DNA of 7,786 nt, taken from Octopus sinensis (lineage: Eukaryota). Under the pieces are notes generated by a model. The model was given only the letters and a program-made list of their open reading frames with translations. It searched no databases and was not told the origin of the DNA. Numbering within the stretch: the stretch's first letter is position 1; every line of letters starts with the position of its first letter. Shown here one piece after another: positions 1-7,756 of this stretch. The DNA is taken from the NCBI RefSeq assembly GCF_006345805.1, contig NW_021828685.1, positions 1 through 7,786 on the forward strand, given 5' to 3'. The position numbers and the translations under genes are program-made.

Positions 1-106
1 TTTATGGCCATTAGGGCTACCAACAACAGGCTAGTTATGTTTTGGCAGCCATGGCCAAAGTGGAAAAAATGAAAAAAAACAAAAGACTGTATTGTTTATA
101 GAATAG

Positions 107-292
107 CCGGAAGGATTACGGACGGATAAAATCCGAATTCTTCACGACGTGGGCCCTCTGAGATTGGACATATCTCCATATTTATACGAGGGCCTGCGTC
201 GGACTCCCCCACGAGCCAAGGAAAAAAATAAAAGTGAAGAAGACGACGAAAAACAAGTCGAACAAGTCGAACAAGTCGAAACACTGATATAA
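107..292 (+). pseudogene. Probable C-terminal remnant of Tx1 ORF1
   Basis: Stop-free frame ...TDKIRILHDVGPLRLDISPYLYEGLRRTPPRAKEKNKSEEDDEKQVEQVEQVETLI* ends in TAA at 290-292, 7 nt before the ORF2 ATG at 300. Called from position only; no recognised domain. Confidence 0.45.
252..278 (+). repeat. 9-bp tandem repeat (AACAAGTCG)x3
   Basis: Exact copies at 252-260, 261-269 and 270-278; they read (QVE)3 in the putative ORF1 frame. Confidence 0.95.
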
Positions 293-299
293 GGTAGCT

Positions 300-1056
300 A
301 TGGATGCATTTATGTGGTGTTGTTTAAATGTGCGCGGCCTGGGATCAAGCTGGAAGCAAGGTCGCTTCCTTAATGATATCAGGTCGCGTAATTTGGATGT
401 TATTGTTGCTACAGAAACCGGTTAGAGGGCCAAGAGGTCTACTCCCGCTGTTTGACGGCTACGAGAGTTTTTTCTCTCCGGCCAGTCCTACAGGCGGGGG
501 TGGGGTGTTGGTCCTATAAAAAGAAACCGGGTTTTTGAGAAAAAGTTAATTTTTTCAGACCCAGAAGGTAGGCTGGTCGTCATGGATTTGACGTTCAGTA
601 ATGGTAAAGTTATCAGACTGGTTGCAATTTACGCACCCAACCAAAAAGGGCAAAGTGATTATTTTCGAGAACTGGAAAAATTTCTTGGTACTTCGCATTC
701 ATTAGTTGTGCTAGGAGACTTTAACACAATTTGCAAAGCGGATGTAGATTGTGTTGGCTTGCGTCCAGATAGAAAAGGTAACATTGGCTTCCTGGAACTG
801 CTAAGCCGCTTTGCTAGCTAGCAGATCCTTATAGGTTGGAATTTCCGAACCATTGTGGACATGGGTCAAACAGCGACGGATCTTCCAGGTCATATATAGA
901 TAGGAATAATTAGAAAAGTAGACAGAAAAAATAGTTAAGTGTCCACAGTTTTACCTGGTCAGCTACAGTGATCATAAAATGGTCACCTGTAAGCTTGACA
1001 TAGATAGGTTTAAAAATAGAGGCTCCGGTTACTGGAAACTTAATACGTCCCTTTTG
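300..1056 (+). pseudogene. APE (exonuclease-endonuclease-phosphatase family) domain of ORF2
   Basis: NVRGL (327-341), DVIVATET, GGGVLVL, DPEGR, IYAPN (~627-641), GDFN (714-725), SYIDR (890-904), SDH (967-975) and WKLN (1033-1044) occur in the canonical order, split over several frames. Confidence 0.92.
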
Positions 1057-1640
1057 GCGATTAAGGAGTACAGAGACCGGATTAGGACTATAATTCAGAG
1101 GGGCGCTATCTGGTGCCATCATTAATAACAAATGGTGGTATGCCCTCAAGCGAGCCATCAAATTCGAGTCAATTAGATATAGCATAGGATTAGTGGCTAG
1201 AGAGGCTAGGAGGGAATCTAATCTAGTTAAGGAATTAGAGGAAGCTTGAAAACTGGCTCTGCGGTTCAGGTGGCGGCCAAGAGACTGGCGTTAAACCAGC
1301 ACCTCGAGGCCAAACACATGGGCTGCATTGTCAGGGCTAGGATCCGCGCAATGGGTTGTGAAGGAATCAACGCCGTGAGATGGGCCCGAGTGGTGGAAGC
1401 TCAGCGTGGTAACGAACGCCACGATTCGATCTATGACGAACCAACAAGGTGAGTGATAAACGAGCCCGAGGAGATGTGTGAGGCCTTTCAGGAGCACTTC
1501 GCTCAGCTTTTCGGGAGTGCGGCGGACTGGATAGGAGGAGGGCCTTTACGGACCTCCTCGACGGGCTGCCGCGCTTATCGGGGGAGAGCGGAGGGCTGTG
1601 AAGGGCCAATCACGCCTGGGGGGGAGGTGGTTGGTGAGCG

Positions 1641-3098
1641 ATGGCGGACTGCGGCGCGGGCAAGGCGCCGGGTTTAGATGGTCTACCCTATGAGTTATAT
1701 AAGAGTATGCCAGACTTGTTCGGGCACCTACCGGTGGAGGTCTATGCGAACTGGCAGCAGAACGGGTTCATACCCAGATCTGTGCGCCGGGGAGTAGTGA
1801 CACTCGTCAGAAAGGACCCGAGCAAGGGGGAGTGCATTGATAATTTCAGGCCCATCACTCTGCTAAACACAGAGTTGAAGATTTTGGCCAAAGTGTTATC
1901 GAAAAGATTGGCGCGTGTCGCGGATGGTCTGATCGGGGAGGCACAGACATGTGCCGTTCCCGGCAGAACCATTCAGGACAATCTCCATCTTATGCGGTAC
2001 ACTATAGAGGGGTTTAATAATGATTCTGGCAAGGGTGGGGCACTGGTCCATTTAGACCAATCTAAAGCGTTCGATAGGGTCGACCATCGCTACCTGGTAT
2101 CTGCCCTGGCACAGTTCGGGCTGGGCCTTGGCTTGCTCAGGTGGATTATCCAAATTTACGACAACATCGACTCGGTAGTTCGGGTGAACGACTTCTTGTC
2201 GAAGCCGTTCAACATCAAGCGCTCGGTTCGTCAAGGGTGTCCGCTCTCCCCGCTTTTGTACGTGATGGCTCTTGAGCCATTACTGCGAAAACTGAGCGGC
2301 ATCCCGAGACAGCCAGGTAGTGGAAAATCGGTGTCAGCGTACGCGGATGACATCACCATCATCGTAACCAAAATGGATCACCTACGTAAAGTAGGCAAGG
2401 CCATAGAGGTTTACGAGACGGTGACAGGAGCAAAAGTTAATCGCGAAAAGTCAGTCGGCTTGCAACTCGGCACCTGGAGAGGCAAGTCGATGCCTCCTGA
2501 CAGCGTCGTGGGACGTTGGACGGAGGGTCCGATTAAGTTGCTAGGGGTTTGGTTCGGTCCAGACCTCCAAATAGAGAAGAATTGGGGTGAAGTATCGAGC
2601 AGGGTAGCTGCAGTAACCAAGACCTGGTCTTGGCGGTGGCTATCCCTGAAAGGGAGGGCGGAGGTAGCCAATGTGTTTATCGCATCGGTTATCACCTACC
2701 GCCTTTCCGTCATTCCTTGCCCTGATTCGTGGTTGATCAAGTTGGAAAGACAGCTCTTCTACTTCTTGTGGAAGGGCGAGAAACCACTTGTGAAACGCTC
2801 TACTTGCTGTCAACAACCGTTAAAGGGTGGGCTAGGGATGCCTTGGCTGATGATGCGCAGACATGCGCTGAGATTAAGACATCTGTGGCTCTACCTGGAT
2901 GGTGAACGGGTGTGGTCTCCGCTAGCAAAACTGATGTTTCCCAAGTTCACTAGTTTCGGTGGATGGGAAACCTGGCTGAATCGTAGATCGAAACTAGGCA
3001 CATGGTACATGGAGTGTCGCAGGCTCTCCTGCTATTCCGTCGCTCGGGCAACGCCTGCGGTGGGGGTTCCACCACATTCTTCTATAGAGGGGTGGTAG
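1641..3098 (+). CDS. Uninterrupted 485-aa segment of Tx1 ORF2 containing the non-LTR reverse transcriptase (a fragment, not a stand-alone gene)
   Basis: KAPGLDG, NFRPITLLNTELKILAK, LDQSKAFDRV, VRQGCPLSPLLY, YADD (2340-2351), GAKVNREKS, KLLGVWF, LSLKGR and GGLGMP. Confidence 0.93.
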   Translation: MADCGAGKAPGLDGLPYELYKSMPDLFGHLPVEVYANWQQNGFIPRSVRRGVVTLVRKDPSKGECIDNFRPITLLNTELKILAKVLSKRLARVADGLIGEAQTCAVPGRTIQDNLHLMRYTIEGFNNDSGKGGALVHLDQSKAFDRVDHRYLVSALAQFGLGLGLLRWIIQIYDNIDSVVRVNDFLSKPFNIKRSVRQGCPLSPLLYVMALEPLLRKLSGIPRQPGSGKSVSAYADDITIIVTKMDHLRKVGKAIEVYETVTGAKVNREKSVGLQLGTWRGKSMPPDSVVGRWTEGPIKLLGVWFGPDLQIEKNWGEVSSRVAAVTKTWSWRWLSLKGRAEVANVFIASVITYRLSVIPCPDSWLIKLERQLFYFLWKGEKPLVKRSTCCQQPLKGGLGMPWLMMRRHALRLRHLWLYLDGERVWSPLAKLMFPKFTSFGGWETWLNRRSKLGTWYMECRRLSCYSVARATPAVGVPPHSSIEGW

Positions 3099-3286
3099 AG
3101 GCGGAATGTGAAGATACCTTGGGAAACCCTAGGTCTCGACGATAATCAGCTGGCCAGTCTGTTCCGACGTACGTTCGAGCCGAAGACACTGGACAACTTC
3201 CAGAAGTCTCTGGCATGGCAATGCTACAGAGGAGCTCTACCTGTTCGGGATAAACTCGCAAGCACGGTGGCCAAGACAGCCCGATA

Positions 3287-3340
3287 TGTCCAAGATGCGA
3301 GCGGGATAGGGAAACCGTCCCCCACGCTATTGTTCATTGT
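3287..3340 (+). other. C-terminal CCHC zinc knuckle of ORF2
   Basis: CPRCERDRETVPHAIVHC matches CX2CX8HX4C. It is in a different frame from ORF 3108-3434, implying a frameshift near 3260. Confidence 0.88.
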
Positions 3341-3911
3341 TCGGTCGGTCGTGTCTGAGGTGTGGGTTTATGCCGAACAGCTGTTGTCAGCACACGAAGA
3401 GTACAGCTGTCGACTGAGTCTATTACAAAAATGACCCACCAGATTTCCTCGCGAAAGAAGGTAAGAATTTTTTCCTCGTTGTGGTAGCAATTGCGAAAGA
3501 GGTGATATGGAGACGAGAATGAAAGGTTTACGGTCAGGCCAAGTTCATCTCCGGCCCTGGTTTGATGAATTACTTCATCTTTCACTGAAAAGGAAGATAG
3601 GGCTGGAGAGAAAATGCCTGACTAGAGAGTGTATGAAGAACGATGGAGGATGTAGCACGAAAGTTGCGAATGGATGACACCACATAAATGTAAAACAAGA
3701 CGAAACCAAAGTATCAGTGGTGAGGCGGGCTCGTGGGGTCCGAGCTAAACCCGCCCCCACTCCATCCGTAATGTCTTCCGGTCTGTTCTTCATTCGATTT
3801 TATATTTTTTTATTTTTGTGATTTTTAATCTCATCTTTTTTGTAAACTCCCATCCGAAACTGACCCCACATCAGGTTTTATTGTCCCCTATGTTCGCCCC
3901 TTGTGGGTAAT

Positions 3912-3917
3912 AATAAA
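3912..3917 (+). promoter_or_regulatory. Putative polyadenylation signal of the Tx1 element
   Basis: AATAAA about 225 nt after the ORF2 stop, just before composition shifts to AT-rich flank. Confidence 0.55.
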
Positions 3918-3993
3918 ACCATTCCAATCTGTTATATATTTTGAGTATTGTTATCACTAGCGATATCAAGATATACTTTGTATTTTGCATTTT

Positions 3994-4058
3994 ATGTGTA
4001 TGTATATATATATAGATGTACATGTAATATGTACACATATATATAACACATATACATG
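3994..4058. repeat. Degenerate (TA)/(TG)/(CA) microsatellite
   Basis: Alternating purine-pyrimidine run, e.g. atgtgtatgtatatatatatagatgtacat...acacatatatataacacatatacat. Confidence 0.75.
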
Positions 4059-4096
4059 CACTATGACCCGGCAACGACGGTTTTTAATGCTAGTTT

Positions 4097-4215
4097 TATA
4101 TATATATATATACATATATATTTATATATATATATATATATATACATATATATATTTATATATATATATATATATTATCCATATATAGATATTTATATTA
4201 TATATATATATATAT
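4097..4215. repeat. Interrupted (TA)n microsatellite
   Basis: Seen directly. Confidence 0.97.
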
Positions 4216-4233
4216 CGACCCTCCCCATCATCC

Positions 4234-4548
4234 TCCTTCACCTGCACCTCCAGCAATATTATCTATCGCGTCTCTGCTCTCTCTGCCATTTCTTGTACAT
4301 CGGACAAACGGACGCCGCTTGGCTGACCGGTCCGTGGAACCACTTCGTGACATCCACCTTGCGAACGACACACCGGTCTCACGCCATTTCCGCTCCACCG
4401 GTCACTCCTTGCAACACCTATCTGTGTTCGGTTTGTCCTTACACAGAGGCCATCCGGATCCCGTTTGCGCCGTGAACAGGAATTAATCTTCTCTCTTCGC
4501 TCTTATACACCATTTGGTCTCAACTCTCTCCCCCCCTACCTCATCTAA
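4234..4548 (+). pseudogene. Penelope-type GIY-YIG endonuclease, three frameshifts
   Basis: Joined frames read SFTCTSSNIIYRV / CSLCHFLYIGQT / GRRLADRSVEPLRDIHLANDTPVSRHFRSTGHSLQHLSVFGLSLHRGHPD / RLRREQELIFSLRSYTPFGLNSLPPYLI*. Motifs: NIIY (4255-4266), CxxC, YIG (4296-4304), conserved R, HF, catalytic-type E (4474-4476) and PxGLN (4510-4524). Confidence 0.88.
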
Positions 4549-4823
4549 CCCCCCTCTCCCCTCCCCCCCTCCTCACCTACCTTTCCCCCCGACCCCTACT
4601 CTCCATCTTCCTTCATTCCTTCACATCCTTTCACTCCAACTCCCCTTCCCTTCTTTCCTCTTTCTCCCCCCTCCTTCCCTTTCCCCTCCCTCCTGCTCCC
4701 CTCACTCCCCTTCCCTCTCCCCTCTCTCCCCCTCTCCCCCTCTCCCTCTTTCCTCCTCCCCTCCCCTCCCTCCCCCTCTTCTCCTCTTCCCCTCTTCTCC
4801 CCTCCCCCTCTCTTCCTCTCTCC
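4525..4823. repeat. C/T-rich low-complexity polypyrimidine tract
   Basis: Only two G seen (4591, 4695); 4705-4823 is purely C/T. Confidence 0.95.
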
Positions 4824-4870
4824 ACACTACACCACACGACTTTACACATCACATCATATATGATGTGCCA

Positions 4871-5103
4871 TACTAATACATACACCAACTAATACATACT
4901 AATACGTACTAATACTACTAATACATACTAATACATACACCACCCTATACATACACACGTCCAGACCTCTCATACGCACTAATACTCTCTCATACACCAC
5001 ACACCCTTTATACATACTAATACATACACCAACCCTATACATACACACGCCGGTCCAGACCTCTCACACGCACTATACTCTCTCATACACACACACACAC
5101 CCT
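4871..5103 (+). repeat. ACTAATAC(AT) short repeats and a ~90-bp tandem duplication
   Basis: Several ACTAATAC units at 4871-4935. 4921-5007 is nearly repeated at 5010-5103; both copies contain ccctatacatacacacg..gtccagacctctca.acgcact. Confidence 0.9.
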
Positions 5104-5120
5104 CATGTGGAGCTGGTCAT

Positions 5121-5144
5121 TCAACCCTATTATCAACCCTATTA
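5121..5144 (+). repeat. 12-bp direct tandem repeat (TCAACCCTATTA)x2
   Basis: Exact copies at 5121-5132 and 5133-5144. Confidence 0.9.
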
Positions 5145-5277
5145 TCTCCCCTTATTTCGCTCTCGCGTCTCATGTTGATCTTTGACCTCTGGCCGAAATC
5201 AGATCGCCATGTTGATTCGTTAGTTACTGCACGCATTTTTTTTCTCCTTCTTTCTGTGTTTTTTTTCTCTCTGTGTA

Positions 5278-5315
5278 TCTTTTCTGTTGAAGAGCGTAGG
5301 TCGAAACGTTAAAGA
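5278..5315 (+). ncRNA. Degenerate minimal type I hammerhead ribozyme of the Penelope-like element
   Basis: TCTTTT (stem I) - CTGTTGA (CUGANGA with A6>U, 5284-5290) - A - GAGC GTAG G.TC (stem II, one C short of 4 bp) - GAAA (5303-5306) - CG - TT (UH site) - AAAGA (stem I'). The AACGTT palindrome is typical of minimal dimer-acting hammerheads in Penelope-like elements. Confidence 0.65.
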
Positions 5316-5413
5316 CTTGTTTTATTTATATTTCCTGAGCGCCATACTAATACAATTGTTTGTTTGTTTCCCACCTGCCTTCGTCTTTTGTCTATTTTCA
5401 TAAAGCTTTCCCG

Positions 5414-5590
5414 TATATTATATATATATATATATATATATATCTATATCTATATATATATTATATATTATATATTTATTATATAATATCTATATATATA
5501 TATACATATATATATTTATATATATATATATATATACATATATATATTTATATATATATATATCCATATATATATTTATATATATATATA
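5414..5590. repeat. Interrupted (TA)n microsatellite
   Basis: Seen directly. Confidence 0.97.
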
Positions 5591-5591
5591 G

Positions 5592-7488
5592 AAGTGTGTT
5601 CGCATGGATGATGGTTCACTTGCACTAAATGAGGATGCAAAGAGAGAGGTTTGGAGATGCCACTATGAAAGGTTGCTGAATAAAGAAAATAAATGGGATA
5701 AAGAGAGTCTGTCGAATGTCAACCCAACAGAGGGACCAGCCATCCGAGTTGAAAATTCTTTGGTAGTTAAAGCAATTAGAAGCATGAAGACAGGGAAAGC
5801 CCCACGCCCATCAGGAATTACTGCAGAGATGCTCAAAATATCTGGCAGTGTCGGCTATAACCTAGTCACCCATATAGTCAACCAGGTGATACACGAAGGA
5901 GTCATACCCAATGACTAGTATAACAGCATACTAGTCAACTGCTACAAAGGTAAAGGTGATGCCCTAGATACAAATAATTACAGAGGTATCAAGCTGTTGG
6001 ATCAGGTAATGAAGGTTACGGAGAGGGTCATAGCCCAACTAATTAGAGAGAGAGTTAGTTTAGATGAGATGCAGTTTGGGTTCGTGCCAGGGAAAACTAC
6101 CACTGATGCTATATTCATGGTAAGGCAGCTGCAGGAGAAATACCTAGCCAAAGATAAGCCCCTGTACCTGGCTTTCGTTGACATGTAGAAAGCCTTTGAT
6201 AGGGTCCCCCGATCCCTTATCTGGTGGTCAATGAGGAAACTAGGGATAGATGAATGGCTGGTGAGTGCTGTGCAAGCCATGTACAGAGATGCCGTAAGTA
6301 AGGTTAGGGTTGGCAACATGTACACAGAAGAATTCAAAGTAGAGGTTGGGGTCCACCAGGGTTCAGTACTCAGCCCCCTCCTATTTATCATAGTCCTCCA
6401 GGCAATTACGGAGGAATTCAAGACAGGTTGCCCCTGGGAGCTCCTCTATGCTGATGACCTTGCTCTAATTGCTGAGTCACTATCAGAACTGGAGGAGAAG
6501 TTCCAGGTGTGGAAGGAGGGTTTAGAATCGAGGGGCCTTAGAGTCAACCTAGCTAAAACCAAAGTACTAATAAGTAGGAAGGTAGACAATCCACAAATGT
6601 CTTCAGGAAGATGGCCCTGCTCGATCTGTAGAAAAGGCGTAGGTAGAAACTCTATAAGATGTACCCAGTGTAAGCTATGGACACATAAGAGGTGCAGCAA
6701 TGTCAAAAGTAGGCTAACTGGGAAGATAGTTTTTGTATGTGGCAGATGCTCGGGAGCATTAACCACCGAAAATCTGCAGAAACAACTCCATCACTTTCCA
6801 GGGGGAAAAACTAGAAGTAGTTGATAGCTTCCGTTATCTAGGTGACCAAGTCAGTAGTGGGGGTGGGTGCATTGAAAGTGTAACTGCTATATAAGAAATA
6901 GCCTGGGCAAAGTTTAGGGAGCTCTCACCTCTGCTGGTGACTAAAGGCCTCTCGCTCAGAGTAAAAGGCAGACTGCATGATGCATGTGTACGAACAGCCA
7001 TGCTACATGGCAGTGAAACATGGGCCGTGACTGCTGAGGATATGTGTAAGCTCGCGAGGAATGAAGCCAGTATGCTCTGATGGATGTGTAATGTCAGTGT
7101 ACATACTCGACAGAGCGTTAGTACCTTGAGAGAAATGTTGTACCTAAGAAGCATCAGTTGTGGTGTGCAAGAAAGACGATTGCGCTGGTATGGTCATGTG
7201 GCGAGAATGGATGAAGATAGGTGTGTGAGAAAGCGCCAATCCCTAGCAGTTGAGGGAACCCGTGGAAGAGGTAGACCCAGGAAAACCTGGGACGAGGTGG
7301 TGAAGCACGACCTTCAAACTTTAGGCCTCACTGAGGAAATGACCAGCGAACGAGACCTTTGGAAATATGCTGTACATGAGAAGACCAGGCAGGACAAGGG
7401 AGCCCAGCCCACTTATGCATGCCTTTCCTCCCTTGGACACAAAGACCTGTTGAGGCAAGCGAAGTCGATATCGAACCTTATCCGATGA
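5592..7488 (+). pseudogene. RTE reverse transcriptase ORF, disrupted
   Basis: WRCHYERLLN, KTGKAP, NYRGIKLL, QFGFVPGKTTTDAIF, FVDM*KAFDRV, GVHQGSVLSPLLF, YADD (6447-6458), LRVNLAKTK and FRYLG. Stops at 5916, 6186, 6892 and 7078; frameshift near 6785-6800. The original stop may have been near 7400. Confidence 0.92.
6618..6749 (+). other. PHD-type (C4HC3) zinc finger embedded in the RTE RT
   Basis: CSICRKGVGRNSIRCTQCKLWTHKRCSNVKSRLTGKIVFVCGRC matches C-x2-C-x10-C-x2-C-x4-H-x2-C-x14-C-x2-C, including WxHxxC and FxCxxC. Confidence 0.85.
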
Positions 7489-7591
7489 CAGGCACCCATG
7501 CCAACCCCCTTTGCTTGCGAAGATATGTTGGGGCAAGTGAAATTGGAATCGAAATTGAACCAATCCTATGACTGGCACCCGGCAGATGCCA
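7441..7591 (+). repeat. Imperfect ~80-bp tandem duplication 3' of the RTE coding region
   Basis: aagacctgttgaggcaagcgaagtcgatatcgaa...tccgatgacaggcaccc (7442-7497) resembles aagatatgttggggcaagtgaaattggaatcgaa...tcctatgactggcaccc (7520-7580). Confidence 0.75.
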
Positions 7592-7756
7592 GGACCCCTG
7601 GACTGGTGGTACGTAAAAAACCACCATCCGAATCATGACCGAAGCCAGTGCCGCCTCGACTGGCTTCCGTGCCGGTGGCACGTAAATTGCACCAGTCCGA
7701 CCGTGGCCGTTGCCAGCCTCGCCTGGCACTGTGCGGGTGGCACGTAAAAGCCCCAC
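7587..7756 (+). repeat. Three degenerate ~62-69-bp units sharing GGTGGYACGTAAA
   Basis: Core motif at 7605-7617, 7674-7686 and 7736-7748, each preceded by a CCAG...CTGG inverted repeat. Confidence 0.85.

Larger units (their letters stand above)
300..3687 (+). pseudogene. Tx1-like ORF2 (APE endonuclease-reverse transcriptase-zinc knuckle), multiply frameshifted
   Basis: ATG at 300 (MDAFMWCCLNVRGL). Motifs continue across several frames through the RT, the CCHC knuckle and VAIAKEVIW (~3484-3510). The last plausible stop is TAA at 3685-3687, so the end is approximate. Confidence 0.85.
1..3920 (+). mobile_element. Tx1/L1-clade non-LTR retrotransposon, decayed; 5' part lies outside the window
   Basis: Collinear APE, RT and CX2CX8HX4C motifs, including the L1/Tx1-type GSGYWKLNTSLL linker (1021-1056). 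These are followed by a T-rich 3' UTR and AATAAA (3912-3917). The 3' boundary is approximate because there is no clear poly(A) tail. Confidence 0.9.
4216..5413 (+). mobile_element. 5'-truncated Penelope-like element (Neptune-like): GIY-YIG remnant plus 3' pLTR-like tail
   Basis: GIY-YIG remnant at 4234-4548 and a hammerhead-like motif at 5278-5315, bounded on both sides by TA arrays. No RT portion is present. Assigning the low-complexity middle to the element is inference. Confidence 0.75.

Noticed and set aside
910-2695. Minus-strand ORFs within the Tx1 element (and 6002-7154 within the RTE)
   Set aside because: Antisense shadows of retroelement coding sequence with no recognisable motifs.
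1641-3098. Bacterial RT system (retron, DGR, group II intron)
   Set aside because: The APE-RT-CCHC architecture, poly(A) signal and microsatellites identify a eukaryotic non-LTR element.
3782-3790. TCTGTTCTT, matching U2 snRNA near the Keno-type Tx1 target
   Set aside because: Only 9 nt, does not continue as U2 (ATCAGTTT...), and lies inside the 3' UTR.
3871-4475. ORFs rich in YI/IY repeats (3871-4074, 3985-4188, 4056-4475; also 5360-5611)
   Set aside because: Translation artefacts of (TA)n. Only the CSLCHFLYIGQT stretch reflects real Penelope-derived coding.
1641-4548. A single chimeric element joining the Tx1 RT to the GIY-YIG nuclease
   Set aside because: The Tx1 has its own APE domain, 3' UTR and AATAAA, and is separated from the GIY-YIG by about 300 bp of flank and microsatellite. 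Independent insertions are the simpler explanation.
4514-4888. Pro/Ser-rich (+) and Gly/Arg/Glu-rich (-) ORFs
   Set aside because: Stop-free only because of the C/T tract; no domain evidence.
5121-5144. Telomere-like AACCCT units
   Set aside because: Only two copies within a 12-bp duplication; not a (CCCTAA)n array.
7587-7756. Regularly spaced repeats resembling a CRISPR array
   Set aside because: The 13-bp cores are short, the spacers are related to each other, there are no cas genes, and the context is a eukaryotic LINE tail.
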